NCBI GenBank assembly: GCA_964456045.1
Contig: CAYWAD010000001.1
Coordinates: 1 to 52,937 of the forward strand
Direction of reading: 5' to 3'
DNA length: 52,937 nt
Origin: an uncultured Lachnospiraceae bacterium
GTDB taxonomy: Bacteria; Bacillota; Clostridia; Oscillospirales; CAG-272
Shown here: one piece after another, positions 29,474 through 39,167 of the stretch
Position numbering within the stretch: position 1 is the first letter of the stretch
How the letters are laid out: the number at the start of each line of letters is the position of its first letter
Translations under genes and position numbers: made by a program
Notes under the pieces: generated by a model
The model's input: only the letters and a program-made list of their open reading frames with translations
What the model was told of the DNA's origin: nothing
Databases searched by the model: none

Positions 29474-31006
29474 TCATATTCCTTCGGCATAACGTTTTGC
29501 AAGGGCGACTCTGTCGCGCTTACCGTTGGGCGTAAGTGGCATTTCATCAAGCCTAAACATTGCGTTGGGAAGCATATATCTGGGCAAATGAGCCCTCAAA
29601 TATTTCGTAACTTCGGACGAAGTTGCATTACCGGTATAGAAAAGAACGATTTTCGAGTTTTCCTTATCGTATATGGCGCATTCGTTTGTTACGCCTTCGC
29701 AGCCGGCGAGGGTGTACTCAAGCTCACCGAGCTCGATTCTGTGTCCCATATGCTTGATTTGATGGTCTCTGCGCGAAACAAAAACAAGCTGACCGCGTTT
29801 GTTGTATTTGGCAATGTCTCCCGTTCTGTATATAAGCTCTCTGTAATGACTGTGGAGAGGGTTCTGAACAAAAGCTTTATCCGTTTGCTCGTTGTTGTTG
29901 TAATATCCGAGCGTGATCGGAGTTCCTCGTATGCAAAGCTCACCTTCTTCGCCTTCATTGGCGCGTCTTGCTCCGCCGTCTTCATTATATACAAGCAAAA
30001 GCACATCGGTGTTGGGGAAGGGCTTGCCGATCGGAACGGGTTCATCTTCTTCGAGTTCGTCCGAAACGTGATAAACACAGCTCATACCCGTGCATTCCGT
30101 CGGACCGTAAAGATTATAAAATTCCGTTTCGGGCATATTTTCGCGCCAAATTTTAAGCTGAGACGGCGGGAATACCTCCGAACCGAACGCAACCGTTTTC
30201 AAGTATTCCGGACGCATCGTATCAAACGTGCCCGTCGCGGAGATCATCGTCAGCGCGGAAACTACCCAGCAAACGGTGTTGATTTTGTGTTCATTCAAAA
30301 ACGAAACCAACTTTACAGGAAACATAAAATTTCCCTTGGGGATAAGATAGGCGGTTGCGCCGAACTTTATCGTGGGGTAAAGCTCCTTCAGGCAAGCGTC
30401 AAAATAAAGCGGAGCCTGATTGCCGAAAACGGTTTTTTCGGAGAAACCCAACGCCTCGGAAAGATTTTCAATATAATCTATAACCGAACGGTGACAAGCA
30501 GCGACTCCTTTCGGAACGCCTGTTGAGCCGGACGTGAAAACGATGTAGATCGGATCCGTGTCAATTTGATGAGCTCGAACATTTGCAAGCGCATCGGCAT
30601 TTTCGGGGAATTCAAACAGTTCCTCGGCGTTTTTATAGCCGCAACCGTGTTCCGCCGCAAGAGAAGCGGCTGTTTTTTCGGTGTCCTTGTCGCATATTAT
30701 AATCTTAGGAGCGAGATTGTCAAGTATCATGCTTATTCGGACGGAGGGCATTTCCGTGTCAACGGGAACATACATCGAACCGGCGTAAACCGCACCAAAG
30801 AAGCAGGGAATTGCGCGCGGATGCTTTTTAGTAAGCACAACAACAGGCTCTCCGACTATTCCTTCCGAGATCAAATATGAACCGACTGCGCGAGAATATT
30901 TATATACTTCAGCAAAATTCAAAGAATATGTTCCGTCCGAATATGCGGTTTTGTCCGGCACCCTCGGATACGTATTTTCGAGATATTCCAAAACATTTTT
31001 CATCAT
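29474..31006 (-). CDS. Adenylate-forming enzyme, D-alanine--carrier protein ligase (DltA)-like
   Basis: AMP-binding motifs IVFTSGSTGVPKGV, YGPTE, YRTGD, and the terminal K in PNGKRD. 510 aa. Confidence 0.8.
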   Translation of the reverse strand: MMKNVLEYLENTYPRVPDKTAYSDGTYSLNFAEVYKYSRAVGSYLISEGIVGEPVVVLTKKHPRAIPCFFGAVYAGSMYVPVDTEMPSVRISMILDNLAPKIIICDKDTEKTAASLAAEHGCGYKNAEELFEFPENADALANVRAHQIDTDPIYIVFTSGSTGVPKGVAACHRSVIDYIENLSEALGFSEKTVFGNQAPLYFDACLKELYPTIKFGATAYLIPKGNFMFPVKLVSFLNEHKINTVCWVVSALTMISATGTFDTMRPEYLKTVAFGSEVFPPSQLKIWRENMPETEFYNLYGPTECTGMSCVYHVSDELEEDEPVPIGKPFPNTDVLLLVYNEDGGARRANEGEEGELCIRGTPITLGYYNNNEQTDKAFVQNPLHSHYRELIYRTGDIAKYNKRGQLVFVSRRDHQIKHMGHRIELGELEYTLAGCEGVTNECAIYDKENSKIVLFYTGNATSSEVTKYLRAHLPRYMLPNAMFRLDEMPLTPNGKRDRVALAKRYAEGI

Positions 31007-32355
31007 TACACCAAATTCCTTATATTGTCGGCATCAACTTCGGCATCAACCTCAACGTCAGCTTCGGCATCAACCTCGACGTCAGGTTCCGTTTCTGCGT
31101 CTGTTTCAACGTCCGTTTCCTCGTCGTTTTCATCAGGGATTTCGAAATAAGATACGGAACTGCGTGCAGGATATGCGTCTTTATCAAAACGGAAATAATG
31201 AGGGACATTGAATTTTTCGCAAAATGCCGCAAGCTCCTCATCGGTGAGCATAAAAGTATCGGTACCTCTGCCGGTCGAGCGCGAGGTCGCATCAAAATGA
31301 TACCAACCGTCTCCGACATCGACAAGCAACCAAAAATGGTTGGATTCGCCCTCGTATCTGAGTCGCGTAACTTCGAGCGTATCTATTCCGGCAACTCTGA
31401 AAAGGTATTCAGCCGTAATCATATAGGTATAGCAGTCGCCTTTGAGCTTTGTGAAACCGTCGTAAGCAAGCTGAACCGCGCCTTTTGATCTGTCCGTTCC
31501 GGAAATATCGAAAGTGATGCTGTTATAGCACCACTGATATATCGCGTATGCTAATTCAAATTTCGAATTAACGTCCGTTACATATTTGGATTTGAGGATT
31601 TTATTGTTATATATCTTCTTTGCAAGCGCCAAAACTTCCTCGTCGGTATGAATCGGAGCCGCCGATACATGCACGGTTTTGGTTGCGTAAGCGACATTGC
31701 CTGCCGAATCCTTTGCGGAATATTTGACGGTATATGTACCTGCTTTGGAAAGGTCAACTTTGCTGTTGTCGACTTGAATTTTTATGCTTTCTCCGGAATT
31801 GTCCGTTGCCGAAACGCCTGATTTATAAGAAACGGAATCGCCAACGGTTACATAAATATCGTCTCCTACGGTAATCACCGGCGGTGCGGTGTCCGAAACT
31901 TTACATTCGGCATAAGATTCTACCGTACAGGTGTTTCCGTCCTCATCCGTTAAATTGACAATAACCGTAAAATTATGCGGATATGTAAAATTGTATTCTT
32001 CCGCGAATTCCGCAGTTACATTACCGCTGCCGCGAACGTCTGTGACAAAATCTTCCGGCTTTACGCTTTCTAAGCCGTCTGAAATAGTAAGGGAAACAGG
32101 AGACGCGGACAAAGGCGCGAGTTCTTCCGTTTCGGCTTTTGTTTCTGTGTCGGATTTGATTTCGGTTTCCGTTCCGCTTTCGTCCGGCAACGTTTCGGAG
32201 CTTGTACGTTCTTCTGTTTTGCTTTCCTGCACCAAAGAATCACTGTCATCTCCGGACTCGGAATCGGAGTTGCACCCCAAAAAAGCGAGCATCAAGATAA
32301 GAAATGCGGCGGCAAAGGCACCAATGCGAATTATATGCGAGTCAGTCATATTCAA
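31006..32355 (-). CDS. Lipoprotein with Ig-like (DUF5011-type) domains, a transglutaminase-like Cys-protease core and an acidic repeat tail
   Basis: Lipobox LGC. Ig-like segment PPVITVGDDIYVTVGDSVSYKSGVSATD. Core residues GDCYTY...NHFWLLV...WYHFDAT (Cys-His-Asp). C-terminal (D/E)V(E/D)-rich repeats. The stop overlaps the dltA-like start. Confidence 0.7.
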   Translation of the reverse strand: MNMTDSHIIRIGAFAAAFLILMLAFLGCNSDSESGDDSDSLVQESKTEERTSSETLPDESGTETEIKSDTETKAETEELAPLSASPVSLTISDGLESVKPEDFVTDVRGSGNVTAEFAEEYNFTYPHNFTVIVNLTDEDGNTCTVESYAECKVSDTAPPVITVGDDIYVTVGDSVSYKSGVSATDNSGESIKIQVDNSKVDLSKAGTYTVKYSAKDSAGNVAYATKTVHVSAAPIHTDEEVLALAKKIYNNKILKSKYVTDVNSKFELAYAIYQWCYNSITFDISGTDRSKGAVQLAYDGFTKLKGDCYTYMITAEYLFRVAGIDTLEVTRLRYEGESNHFWLLVDVGDGWYHFDATSRSTGRGTDTFMLTDEELAAFCEKFNVPHYFRFDKDAYPARSSVSYFEIPDENDEETDVETDAETEPDVEVDAEADVEVDAEVDADNIRNLV

Positions 32356-32367
32356 ATCACCTCTGAT

Positions 32368-33294
32368 TTATCGGTTTTGATAAGATTCTGTCCCGCGTTC
32401 GGGATATGCGTCTTTGTCAAATCTGTAATAATACTCAATGTTGTATTTTGCACAGTACGTTGCAAGTTCTTCATCGGTACACATAAACGATTCGTACGCC
32501 ATTCCGCTGAAATGCCAGCAGGAATCAAAATGATACCAACCGTCGCCAAGATCAACGAGAAGCCAGAAATGATTCGCCTCGCCCTCGTATTTGAGACGTT
32601 CAACTCTTGTGGTCGGAATGTCTGCAATTTTAAGAAGCACTTCGGACACTACCATATACGTGAAACAGTCGCCCTTGCCGGTCGTCATTCCTTTGTACGC
32701 TTCGCCGACGGAATCGTCAAAATCAATGTTACCGGAGGAATACGTAATATTGTTGTGCGTCCAATTGTAAACGGCGTACGCAATATCCCAATCCGACATA
32801 TCCTCAGAGGTTTTAATTTGCTCACTAAATATGGCGTTTGCAACATCAAGCATTTCGTCTTTTGAATATGCGGATTCTTTAATAACCGTTACAGTTGCAC
32901 ATACTGTCGTTTCGTTTCCGGCGGAATCCTTTGCGGAATAGAAAACTTCATAGCTGCCTACCGTGTTCAAGTCAACATTACTGTTGTCAATCGTAATGCT
33001 TATGTCTTCTCCGGAATCGTCCGTAACGGAAACTCCGTCTTTATATGAAACAGAGCCGCCTACAACGACTTCTATGTCCTTTACACCTGTGATCACGGGC
33101 GCTTCGGTATCTAAGTATGTGGTTTCTTCAGGCAAAGCAACGGTTGTTTCTTCATCCGAGCTTACAGGAGGGACTTCGGTCGAATCCGAAGGCGTCACGT
33201 CGGAATCGGGTGAGCTTGCGCAGGACACAAGCACCGTGCAAAAAATCAATACGATCAAAAAGCACAGCTTTCGCGTGAGGTTAATTTTATTCAT
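32368..33294 (-). CDS. Paralogous lipoprotein with an Ig-like domain and a transglutaminase-like core
   Basis: Lipobox VSC. APVITGVKDIEVVVGGSVSYKDGVSVTD. GDCFTY...NHFWLLV...WYHFDSC. Clearly paralogous to the downstream ORF. Confidence 0.7.
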   Translation of the reverse strand: MNKINLTRKLCFLIVLIFCTVLVSCASSPDSDVTPSDSTEVPPVSSDEETTVALPEETTYLDTEAPVITGVKDIEVVVGGSVSYKDGVSVTDDSGEDISITIDNSNVDLNTVGSYEVFYSAKDSAGNETTVCATVTVIKESAYSKDEMLDVANAIFSEQIKTSEDMSDWDIAYAVYNWTHNNITYSSGNIDFDDSVGEAYKGMTTGKGDCFTYMVVSEVLLKIADIPTTRVERLKYEGEANHFWLLVDLGDGWYHFDSCWHFSGMAYESFMCTDEELATYCAKYNIEYYYRFDKDAYPERGTESYQNR

Positions 33295-33378
33295 AGTTAA
33301 AAGCTCCGTGTTTCGTTTTAATTCAAATAATTATAGCACAATGACCTTATTTTGTCTATAGAACGTTAAACATATATT

Positions 33379-34095
33379 TTATTGTATATTTTCCTTTTTT
33401 CTGTCTATAACAAGGAAAAGCACAAGGAATAAGTATGCAAAAACGTAAACCAGCACACCGGAGAGGATGATCTCGGCGTAGGCGGAGATTATGGAAAGTA
33501 CATCCGCACCTGTCATATCAAAACCGTATTCGATGATGCCGGTGATGTTGGAATAAATCTCAAACAAAAAGGACGGCAAAATTCTTACGACAAACACTAT
33601 CAAAAGGGATTTCGATATAGAGTTTGATTTCGAAAAGAAGGGAATGGGCAAAGACTCATCGACTTTGCTTTTCGCCACAATATTCTCGGCAAAAGCAAAT
33701 GTCAAAACGTAGGACGCTGCACGCACAAGAAGATTAAGGAAAAGGTAAACCGCTGTGACTAACTCATAGCCGTCTATGCTTCCAAGGGCAAAGTCAACAC
33801 AGAATGCGAAACCGTAATCGAAAAACAATATCAAAAGTGTAGCCGCATAGGATAAGTTACGATATTTTTTGCTTTTCGTACTGACGAATGTAAGAATCAG
33901 CGCGATTCCGGATGCATATATTGCAATCTCGATTATATCACAGGCGATTTGAAGTATGTATGAAAGAGTTCCGTACGAATACATAGAGCTCATTTCGATG
34001 AGCATAATTTCCAACGATACAACTCTGTAAATTACGGTAAGCAAAAAAATCAGGCAAGAACCGATAATAAGTGTTTTTTTTGGTTTGTGGGACAT
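33379..34095 (-). CDS. Hypothetical polytopic membrane protein
   Basis: 238 aa, about 7 hydrophobic helices, no recognisable motif. Confidence 0.6.
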   Translation of the reverse strand: MSHKPKKTLIIGSCLIFLLTVIYRVVSLEIMLIEMSSMYSYGTLSYILQIACDIIEIAIYASGIALILTFVSTKSKKYRNLSYAATLLILFFDYGFAFCVDFALGSIDGYELVTAVYLFLNLLVRAASYVLTFAFAENIVAKSKVDESLPIPFFSKSNSISKSLLIVFVVRILPSFLFEIYSNITGIIEYGFDMTGADVLSIISAYAEIILSGVLVYVFAYLFLVLFLVIDRKKENIQ

Positions 34096-34233
34096 AATAT
34101 TCTCCTGTCATTTGCATAAAGCTTTTCTTATTTTACCATATAAAAACGAAAAAATAAAGATATATTGTAAATTATCATTAATATATATGTCATTTGCGGC
34201 ATATATATAGTATATAATACAGCGGAGGTGTGT

Positions 34234-35160
34234 ATGTCTGACGAAAGTAAAAGCATAATTCCGATAAAAAATGCCGTGACATACGGCACGGTTACAAAAT
34301 TTCTTGATATTTACAAAGAAAGATATTCGTTTATAAACGTTTTTGAAATCGGCAAAAGCATTCGCGGCAGGGAAATTTACTGCGTTTGCCTCGGAAATCC
34401 GAAATCAACGACAAATGTACTGTATGTCGGCGCTCATCACGGCGCGGAAGCGATAACATCGGGACTGCTCTTACGATACATAAACGAATTTTGCGAATTT
34501 AAGCAGTTGAGCAAGCGCATATACGGTTATTCGATTCCGGTTGTTTTCGAGGAAAGATGCGTATACGTCGTTCCGATGTTGAATCCGGACGGAGTTGAAA
34601 TCGCGGCTCACGGAGCGTCACCGGAAAGCCCCATATACGAGCGAATCCGTGCGATGAACAAGGGCGACGATTTTACGTTATGGCAGGCAAACGAGCGCGG
34701 TGTGGATCTCAATCACAATTACAACGCAGGCTTTGCGGAATACAAAAAAATCGAGCAGAAGCTTGAAATTTTCGCCGGACGTTCCAAGTATGGCGGTCAG
34801 TATCCGGAATCCGAGCCGGAAACAAAAGCGCTCTGCGGTTTTATCAGAACAGCAGAGCCAAAAGGAATATTGACGCTTCACTCGCAAGGCGAAGAAATTT
34901 ATTACAAAAGTGACGGTTACGCACCGCCGAAAAGCGAACGGATAGGGCGAATGCTTTCGCGCATGAGCGGTTATGTGCTTTCGGAAGCGAAGGGAACGGC
35001 AAATTACGGCGGCTTGACGGATTGGTTCATAAAAGAGTTTGATCGTCCGTCGTTTACATTGGAGTGTGGAAAAGGAGAAAATCCTTTGCCGATGCGTAAT
35101 TTCGAGAGCATTTACACGAAAATTCGCGAAACGCTGTTTACATTTCCGATGATGATGTAG
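34234..35160 (+). CDS. M14 family metallocarboxypeptidase (gamma-D-glutamyl-meso-DAP peptidase-like)
   Basis: VGAHHGAE zinc motif, LNPDGVE, DLNHNYN, TLHSQGE. ATG 34234 lies 5 nt after GGAGG. Confidence 0.75.
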   Translation: MSDESKSIIPIKNAVTYGTVTKFLDIYKERYSFINVFEIGKSIRGREIYCVCLGNPKSTTNVLYVGAHHGAEAITSGLLLRYINEFCEFKQLSKRIYGYSIPVVFEERCVYVVPMLNPDGVEIAAHGASPESPIYERIRAMNKGDDFTLWQANERGVDLNHNYNAGFAEYKKIEQKLEIFAGRSKYGGQYPESEPETKALCGFIRTAEPKGILTLHSQGEEIYYKSDGYAPPKSERIGRMLSRMSGYVLSEAKGTANYGGLTDWFIKEFDRPSFTLECGKGENPLPMRNFESIYTKIRETLFTFPMMM

Positions 35161-35974
35161 CGACTTCGTTTTCTTTGATCCATTCTGCTGCGAGATGAAC
35201 CCATTGGGCAATTCGTTTGTTTTCGAGGGCTTTGCTCCCTCCGGAAGTTTCTTCGTTTGCGAGAGACAGTCCGTGTGGACCGTGGGGGAATACGTGCAGT
35301 TCGAACGGAACACCCGATTCAGAAAGTGATTCGGCGAAAATAAGTGAATTTTCGACGGGAACGGTGTTATCGTCCGCGGTGTGCCAAATGAAAGCGGGCG
35401 GAGTTTTCTCCGAAGCCGAATTTTCGAGGCTGTGATCGTAAAGTTCTTCGTCGCTCGGACTTTTTCCGATTGACATTTCAATCGTTCCCCTATGCGAAAA
35501 ATTGCCTGCTGTGATAACGGGATAAGCAAGGATCATACCGTCCGGTCTGTTCATTCCGTAGGGCAAGTCAAGCTCCTCTGTTATAAAATCCTCGTGCCAG
35601 CGAACACCAAGCATTGCGGCAACATATCCACCTGCGGAAAAACCCGCAACAAAGATTTTGTCGGGATCTGTTCCGAACTCGTCGGAATTCGTTCTCACAT
35701 AGGCAACCGCGGCAGAGGCATCAAGCAGCGGCAACGGATAATTGCCGAAATCACCGATTGAATAGCGCAGCACAAACGTATTCATTCCTTCGGAGAAAAA
35801 CGCAAGCGCAACAGGCTCTGCTTCACGCTCTGACAAAAATGACAAACCACCACCCGGAAAAACAATAACGGCAGGACGTTTTTTCAGTTCCGGATTATTA
35901 ATTTCGGAGTGCAGATACATTGTGAGAGTAACTCTGTCATCATTTTCATAAAGCGAAAGCGTTTTTTCGATCAT
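35138..35974 (-). CDS. Alpha/beta hydrolase (esterase)
   Basis: HGGG-like VFPGGGL, nucleophile elbow GFSAGG, C-terminal His. 23-nt convergent overlap with the M14 gene. Confidence 0.75.
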   Translation of the reverse strand: MIEKTLSLYENDDRVTLTMYLHSEINNPELKKRPAVIVFPGGGLSFLSEREAEPVALAFFSEGMNTFVLRYSIGDFGNYPLPLLDASAAVAYVRTNSDEFGTDPDKIFVAGFSAGGYVAAMLGVRWHEDFITEELDLPYGMNRPDGMILAYPVITAGNFSHRGTIEMSIGKSPSDEELYDHSLENSASEKTPPAFIWHTADDNTVPVENSLIFAESLSESGVPFELHVFPHGPHGLSLANEETSGGSKALENKRIAQWVHLAAEWIKENEVATSSSEM

Positions 35975-36153
35975 TTCATGTTCTTCCTTTCAAATTCGGA
36001 ATCAAACTCTGATTTGATATTATCACATCGTACATTATTTAGCAATATAAAACATGAAATTTGAGAAAAAATACATATTTTTCGAAAAATAGATTGAATT
36101 TATATTGTGAATAAGTTATAATTGATTCAACCACTATACGGTTGGGGAGGACT

Positions 36154-38049
36154 ATGGTAATAATGGCAAAAAAAATCGTTGCGCTCTTGATTTTGGGAGC
36201 GATGTTAATGTCAATGTTCGCATGTACCGCGGATGATCCGAAAGACGATGTGACGGATTCCACGGTGGCTGACACAGAAGGAGAGGTTGATGTTGTGATT
36301 GAAGAAAACGGCAAAAGAGTCGAATATTTGGACAGAGGTCTTGTCGCCGTTAACACGAATGACGGCATACTTGTAAGCTGGAGATCACTCGGTACGGAAT
36401 CGAACGACACCGTGTATGAGCTTTTCCGCGATGGAAAAAGCGTATACAAGAGCGAAGCCGGCATGGCAACTTGTTATTTGGACACGGAAGGCACAAATGA
36501 GTCCTCGTATTACGTAATTACGGAAGGTACCGAAACCTCAAAATCGATAACGCCTTATTCCAAAAACTACTTTGATATTCCGATCAATCGACCGGACGGC
36601 GGAAAAACACCGAACGGAGAATCATATACATATTCCGCCGGCGACTGCTCCTGCGGTGACCTTGACGGTGACGGCGAATATGAAATAGTCCTCAAATGGG
36701 ATCCGTCCAACGCCAAGGATAACGCTCAGTCCGGATACACCGGAAATGTCATAATTGACGCTTATAAGCTTGACGGAACTCAGCTTTGGCGAATCGACCT
36801 GGGCAAAAATATTCGCGCCGGAGCACATTATACACAGTTTCTCGTATATGATTTTGACGGTGACGGAATTGCCGAGATGGTCTGCAAGACCTCGGACGGC
36901 ACTGTTGACGGCAAGGGAACCGTAATAGGTGACGAGTCCGCTGATTACAGAACTCAGTACGGATACATCCTTTCCGGCAACGAGTATCTTACGGTTTTCA
37001 ACGGAACAACCGGTGAAGCTATAACAACGATAGATTACGCTCCGGGACGCGGCTCGGTTTCTTCTTGGGGTGACGATTACGGAAACAGAGTTGACAGATT
37101 CCTTGCCGCTGTAGCATACCTTGACGGCAAAAATCCTTCGATCGTTATGTGCAGAGGCTATTATACGCGTTCCGTGCTTGTTGCATATAATTTTGACGGA
37201 ACGGAGCTTACAAAACTTTGGACATTCGATTCCGCAAAAAGGAATTCGTCCTACGCAGGTCAGGGCAACCACAATCTTTGCGTTGCGGATGTTGATGGCG
37301 ACGGTTGCGACGAGATTGTATACGGTCAATGTTGCATAGATCATGACGGCACGGGGCTTTGGACAACCGGCCTCGGTCACGGTGACGCGGTTCATGTCGG
37401 AGATTTTCTTCCCGATAGAGAAGGACTTGAGATATGGGGCTGCTTGGAGGGAAGTCAGGGAGCTTATCTTGCAGACGCGGCAACGGGTGAAATTCTGTTC
37501 AAATATCAGTCGAACCGTGATGTCGGCAGAGCTTTGGCGGATAACTTTATCCCCGGTAACGGTTCCGCAGAATTCATTTGCGCCACGACGAGCAATGTTT
37601 ATGAATTCAAGCGCGGACGTTTACTTTCGTCCGGTAAAACTTGGTCCGGCGGAATTAACTTCGCCGCTTGGTGGACAGGACAACTCGAACGCTGCGGACT
37701 GGACGGAACAACCGTATACTCGTATGAATTCGGTACGGTTTTGTCTGCGTCCGGTGTCACTTCGATCAACGGCACAAAAGCAACGCCTTGTCTCTCGGCT
37801 GACCTTTTGGGTGACTGGAGAGAAGAGATCGTCTTCGCAAAATCGAACAATAAAGCGCTCAGAGTTTATTTAACCGATTTCGATACCGATTACAGAATTT
37901 ATACATTGATGCACAACACAATGTACAGATGTGGCGTGGCAAATGAAAATGTTGCGTATAATATTCCACCGCATACAGATTATTTCCTCGACAGCGAGTA
38001 TCCGTTGCCCGAATATCCCGAAGTATTCAGCAGAAAAGCGGAAAACTAA
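36154..38049 (+). CDS. Rhamnogalacturonan lyase, PL11 (YesW/YesX-like), lipoprotein
   Basis: Lipobox FAC. GDLDGDGEYEIVLKWDPSNAKDNAQSGYTGNVIIDAYKLDGTQLWRIDLGKNIRAGAHYTQFLVYDFDGDG closely resembles B. subtilis YesW as I recall it. FG-GAP-like DGDG repeats. Confidence 0.75.
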   Translation: MVIMAKKIVALLILGAMLMSMFACTADDPKDDVTDSTVADTEGEVDVVIEENGKRVEYLDRGLVAVNTNDGILVSWRSLGTESNDTVYELFRDGKSVYKSEAGMATCYLDTEGTNESSYYVITEGTETSKSITPYSKNYFDIPINRPDGGKTPNGESYTYSAGDCSCGDLDGDGEYEIVLKWDPSNAKDNAQSGYTGNVIIDAYKLDGTQLWRIDLGKNIRAGAHYTQFLVYDFDGDGIAEMVCKTSDGTVDGKGTVIGDESADYRTQYGYILSGNEYLTVFNGTTGEAITTIDYAPGRGSVSSWGDDYGNRVDRFLAAVAYLDGKNPSIVMCRGYYTRSVLVAYNFDGTELTKLWTFDSAKRNSSYAGQGNHNLCVADVDGDGCDEIVYGQCCIDHDGTGLWTTGLGHGDAVHVGDFLPDREGLEIWGCLEGSQGAYLADAATGEILFKYQSNRDVGRALADNFIPGNGSAEFICATTSNVYEFKRGRLLSSGKTWSGGINFAAWWTGQLERCGLDGTTVYSYEFGTVLSASGVTSINGTKATPCLSADLLGDWREEIVFAKSNNKALRVYLTDFDTDYRIYTLMHNTMYRCGVANENVAYNIPPHTDYFLDSEYPLPEYPEVFSRKAEN

Positions 38050-38062
38050 ATCAAATAAAGCA

Positions 38063-38100
38063 AAACTCCAAGCTGTAAGATTTGCAGCTTGGAGTTTTTT
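38063..38100. terminator. Bidirectional intrinsic terminator
   Basis: aaactccaagctg / cagcttggagttt stem followed by T6. Confidence 0.65.
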
Positions 38101-38127
38101 AGACAATAACTTATATTTTGTATAATG

Positions 38128-38565
38128 TCAGCGCATTTTTTCTGCTTCGTTTTGAGCAACGGAATCACAACGCTCATTATAAGGATGCCCGGCGTGCCCC
38201 TTGATCCATTCGTAAGTGATAGAATGAATGTCCGCAAGATCGAGCAAACGTTGCCATAAATCCGGATTTAGAGCGGGCGATTTGTCGGATTTTTTCCAGC
38301 CGCGAGACTGCCATCCTTTGGCCCATCCGAGTGACATTGCATCAATGACGTATTTTGAATCGGAAACGAGCTTTACATTGCACGGTTCTTTAAGCGCTTC
38401 GAGAGCTTTTATAACCGCAGTAAGCTCCATTCTATTGTTAGTAGTGCTTTTTTCGCCTCCGGAAATAACTTTTTCTTTAGTTCCGTATACAAGTATGGCA
38501 CACCAACCGCCCGGTCCCGGATTTTGTTTACATGATCCGTCGGTATATAAAACAATATCTTTCAA
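38128..38565 (-). CDS. rnhA: Ribonuclease HI
   Basis: YTDGSC...NNRMEL...SDSKY...W.KGH.G...NE.CD. 145 aa. Confidence 0.9.
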   Translation of the reverse strand: MKDIVLYTDGSCKQNPGPGGWCAILVYGTKEKVISGGEKSTTNNRMELTAVIKALEALKEPCNVKLVSDSKYVIDAMSLGWAKGWQSRGWKKSDKSPALNPDLWQRLLDLADIHSITYEWIKGHAGHPYNERCDSVAQNEAEKMR

Positions 38566-38997
38566 TTACTTTATAGATTCCTTAAGAGCTTCGCACCATT
38601 CAACAATATCACGACGTTCCTCGATGGAAAGCTTCTTGTTGAACAAAGAGCCGCCTTCAACAAAGTAAATATTATCTGTAATTACGTTAGCTCCTGCGGC
38701 AGTTACTATGTCGATGAGCTGCTGCATTGCGGGTGTGAGAGTTTTGGTTTTGCTTTCAAAAACGAACGCTACATTCGCGGTTCTTGCTGTGGTAAGCTCG
38801 CCTGCAAAGAGACGAACTTTGTCTTCAAGTTTAGCGCCTGCAGAAACAACCATAACTACAAGACGTTCACGGTCGCAAGAATATGCAGGAGGAATCGCGT
38901 CAGCCTTAGCTCTTGCATCGTCTTGAGCCTCGCCGAGAGCAATCGCATAATTGATTACTTTTTTGTTTGATGTTGCATACAAAATACGCATTTTCAT
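38566..38997 (-). CDS. Hypothetical protein (flavodoxin-fold-like), co-transcribed with rnhA
   Basis: 143 aa from MKMRILYA. GGAGG lies 10 nt upstream. The stop abuts the rnhA start. Confidence 0.55.
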   Translation of the reverse strand: MKMRILYATSNKKVINYAIALGEAQDDARAKADAIPPAYSCDRERLVVMVVSAGAKLEDKVRLFAGELTTARTANVAFVFESKTKTLTPAMQQLIDIVTAAGANVITDNIYFVEGGSLFNKKLSIEERRDIVEWCEALKESIK

Positions 38998-39139
38998 AAT
39001 AAACAAGCCTCCGAAAGTTTGATTTGCGTTCATTATATCACAGAAATTAACGCTTTTCCACTTATTTTAACGAATTTGAAAAAAATATGTGTGAAATTTC
39101 GAATTATACGACCGAATCGCCTCATCAGCACTTCTCTGA

Positions 39140-39167
39140 ATTATACAAAATTTGCATTTTGTATAAT
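39140..39167. repeat. Perfect 28-bp palindromic site (11-6-11 layout) at the left prophage junction, candidate dif-like/attL
   Basis: ATTATACAAAA-TTTGCA-TTTTGTATAAT. Arms pair over 12 bp around the centre TTGC. Its right 17 bp are the direct repeat. Confidence 0.6.

Noticed and set aside
29459-30526. 355-aa plus-strand ORF
   Set aside because: It is antisense to the DltA-like adenylating enzyme, whose AMP-binding motifs are clear. It is a shadow ORF.
31021-31110. Short tandem DNA repeats that might be taken for a CRISPR or VNTR locus
   Set aside because: There are only about 2 copies of a 24-bp unit with no spacers, and they are in frame, encoding the acidic C-terminal tail of the lipoprotein. 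No CRISPR array was seen anywhere in the window.
34678-35529. 283-aa minus-strand ORF spanning the M14 peptidase and esterase junction
   Set aside because: It overlaps two well-supported convergent genes in other frames, and its sequence has no motif content.
36622-37395. 257-aa minus-strand ORF
   Set aside because: It is antisense to the PL11-like rhamnogalacturonan lyase.
39140-39167. Calling the 28-bp palindrome the chromosomal dif outright
   Set aside because: The architecture fits, but the sequence matches the Firmicute dif consensus I recall only weakly, and the terminus location cannot be verified from one window. It is kept as a hypothesis only.
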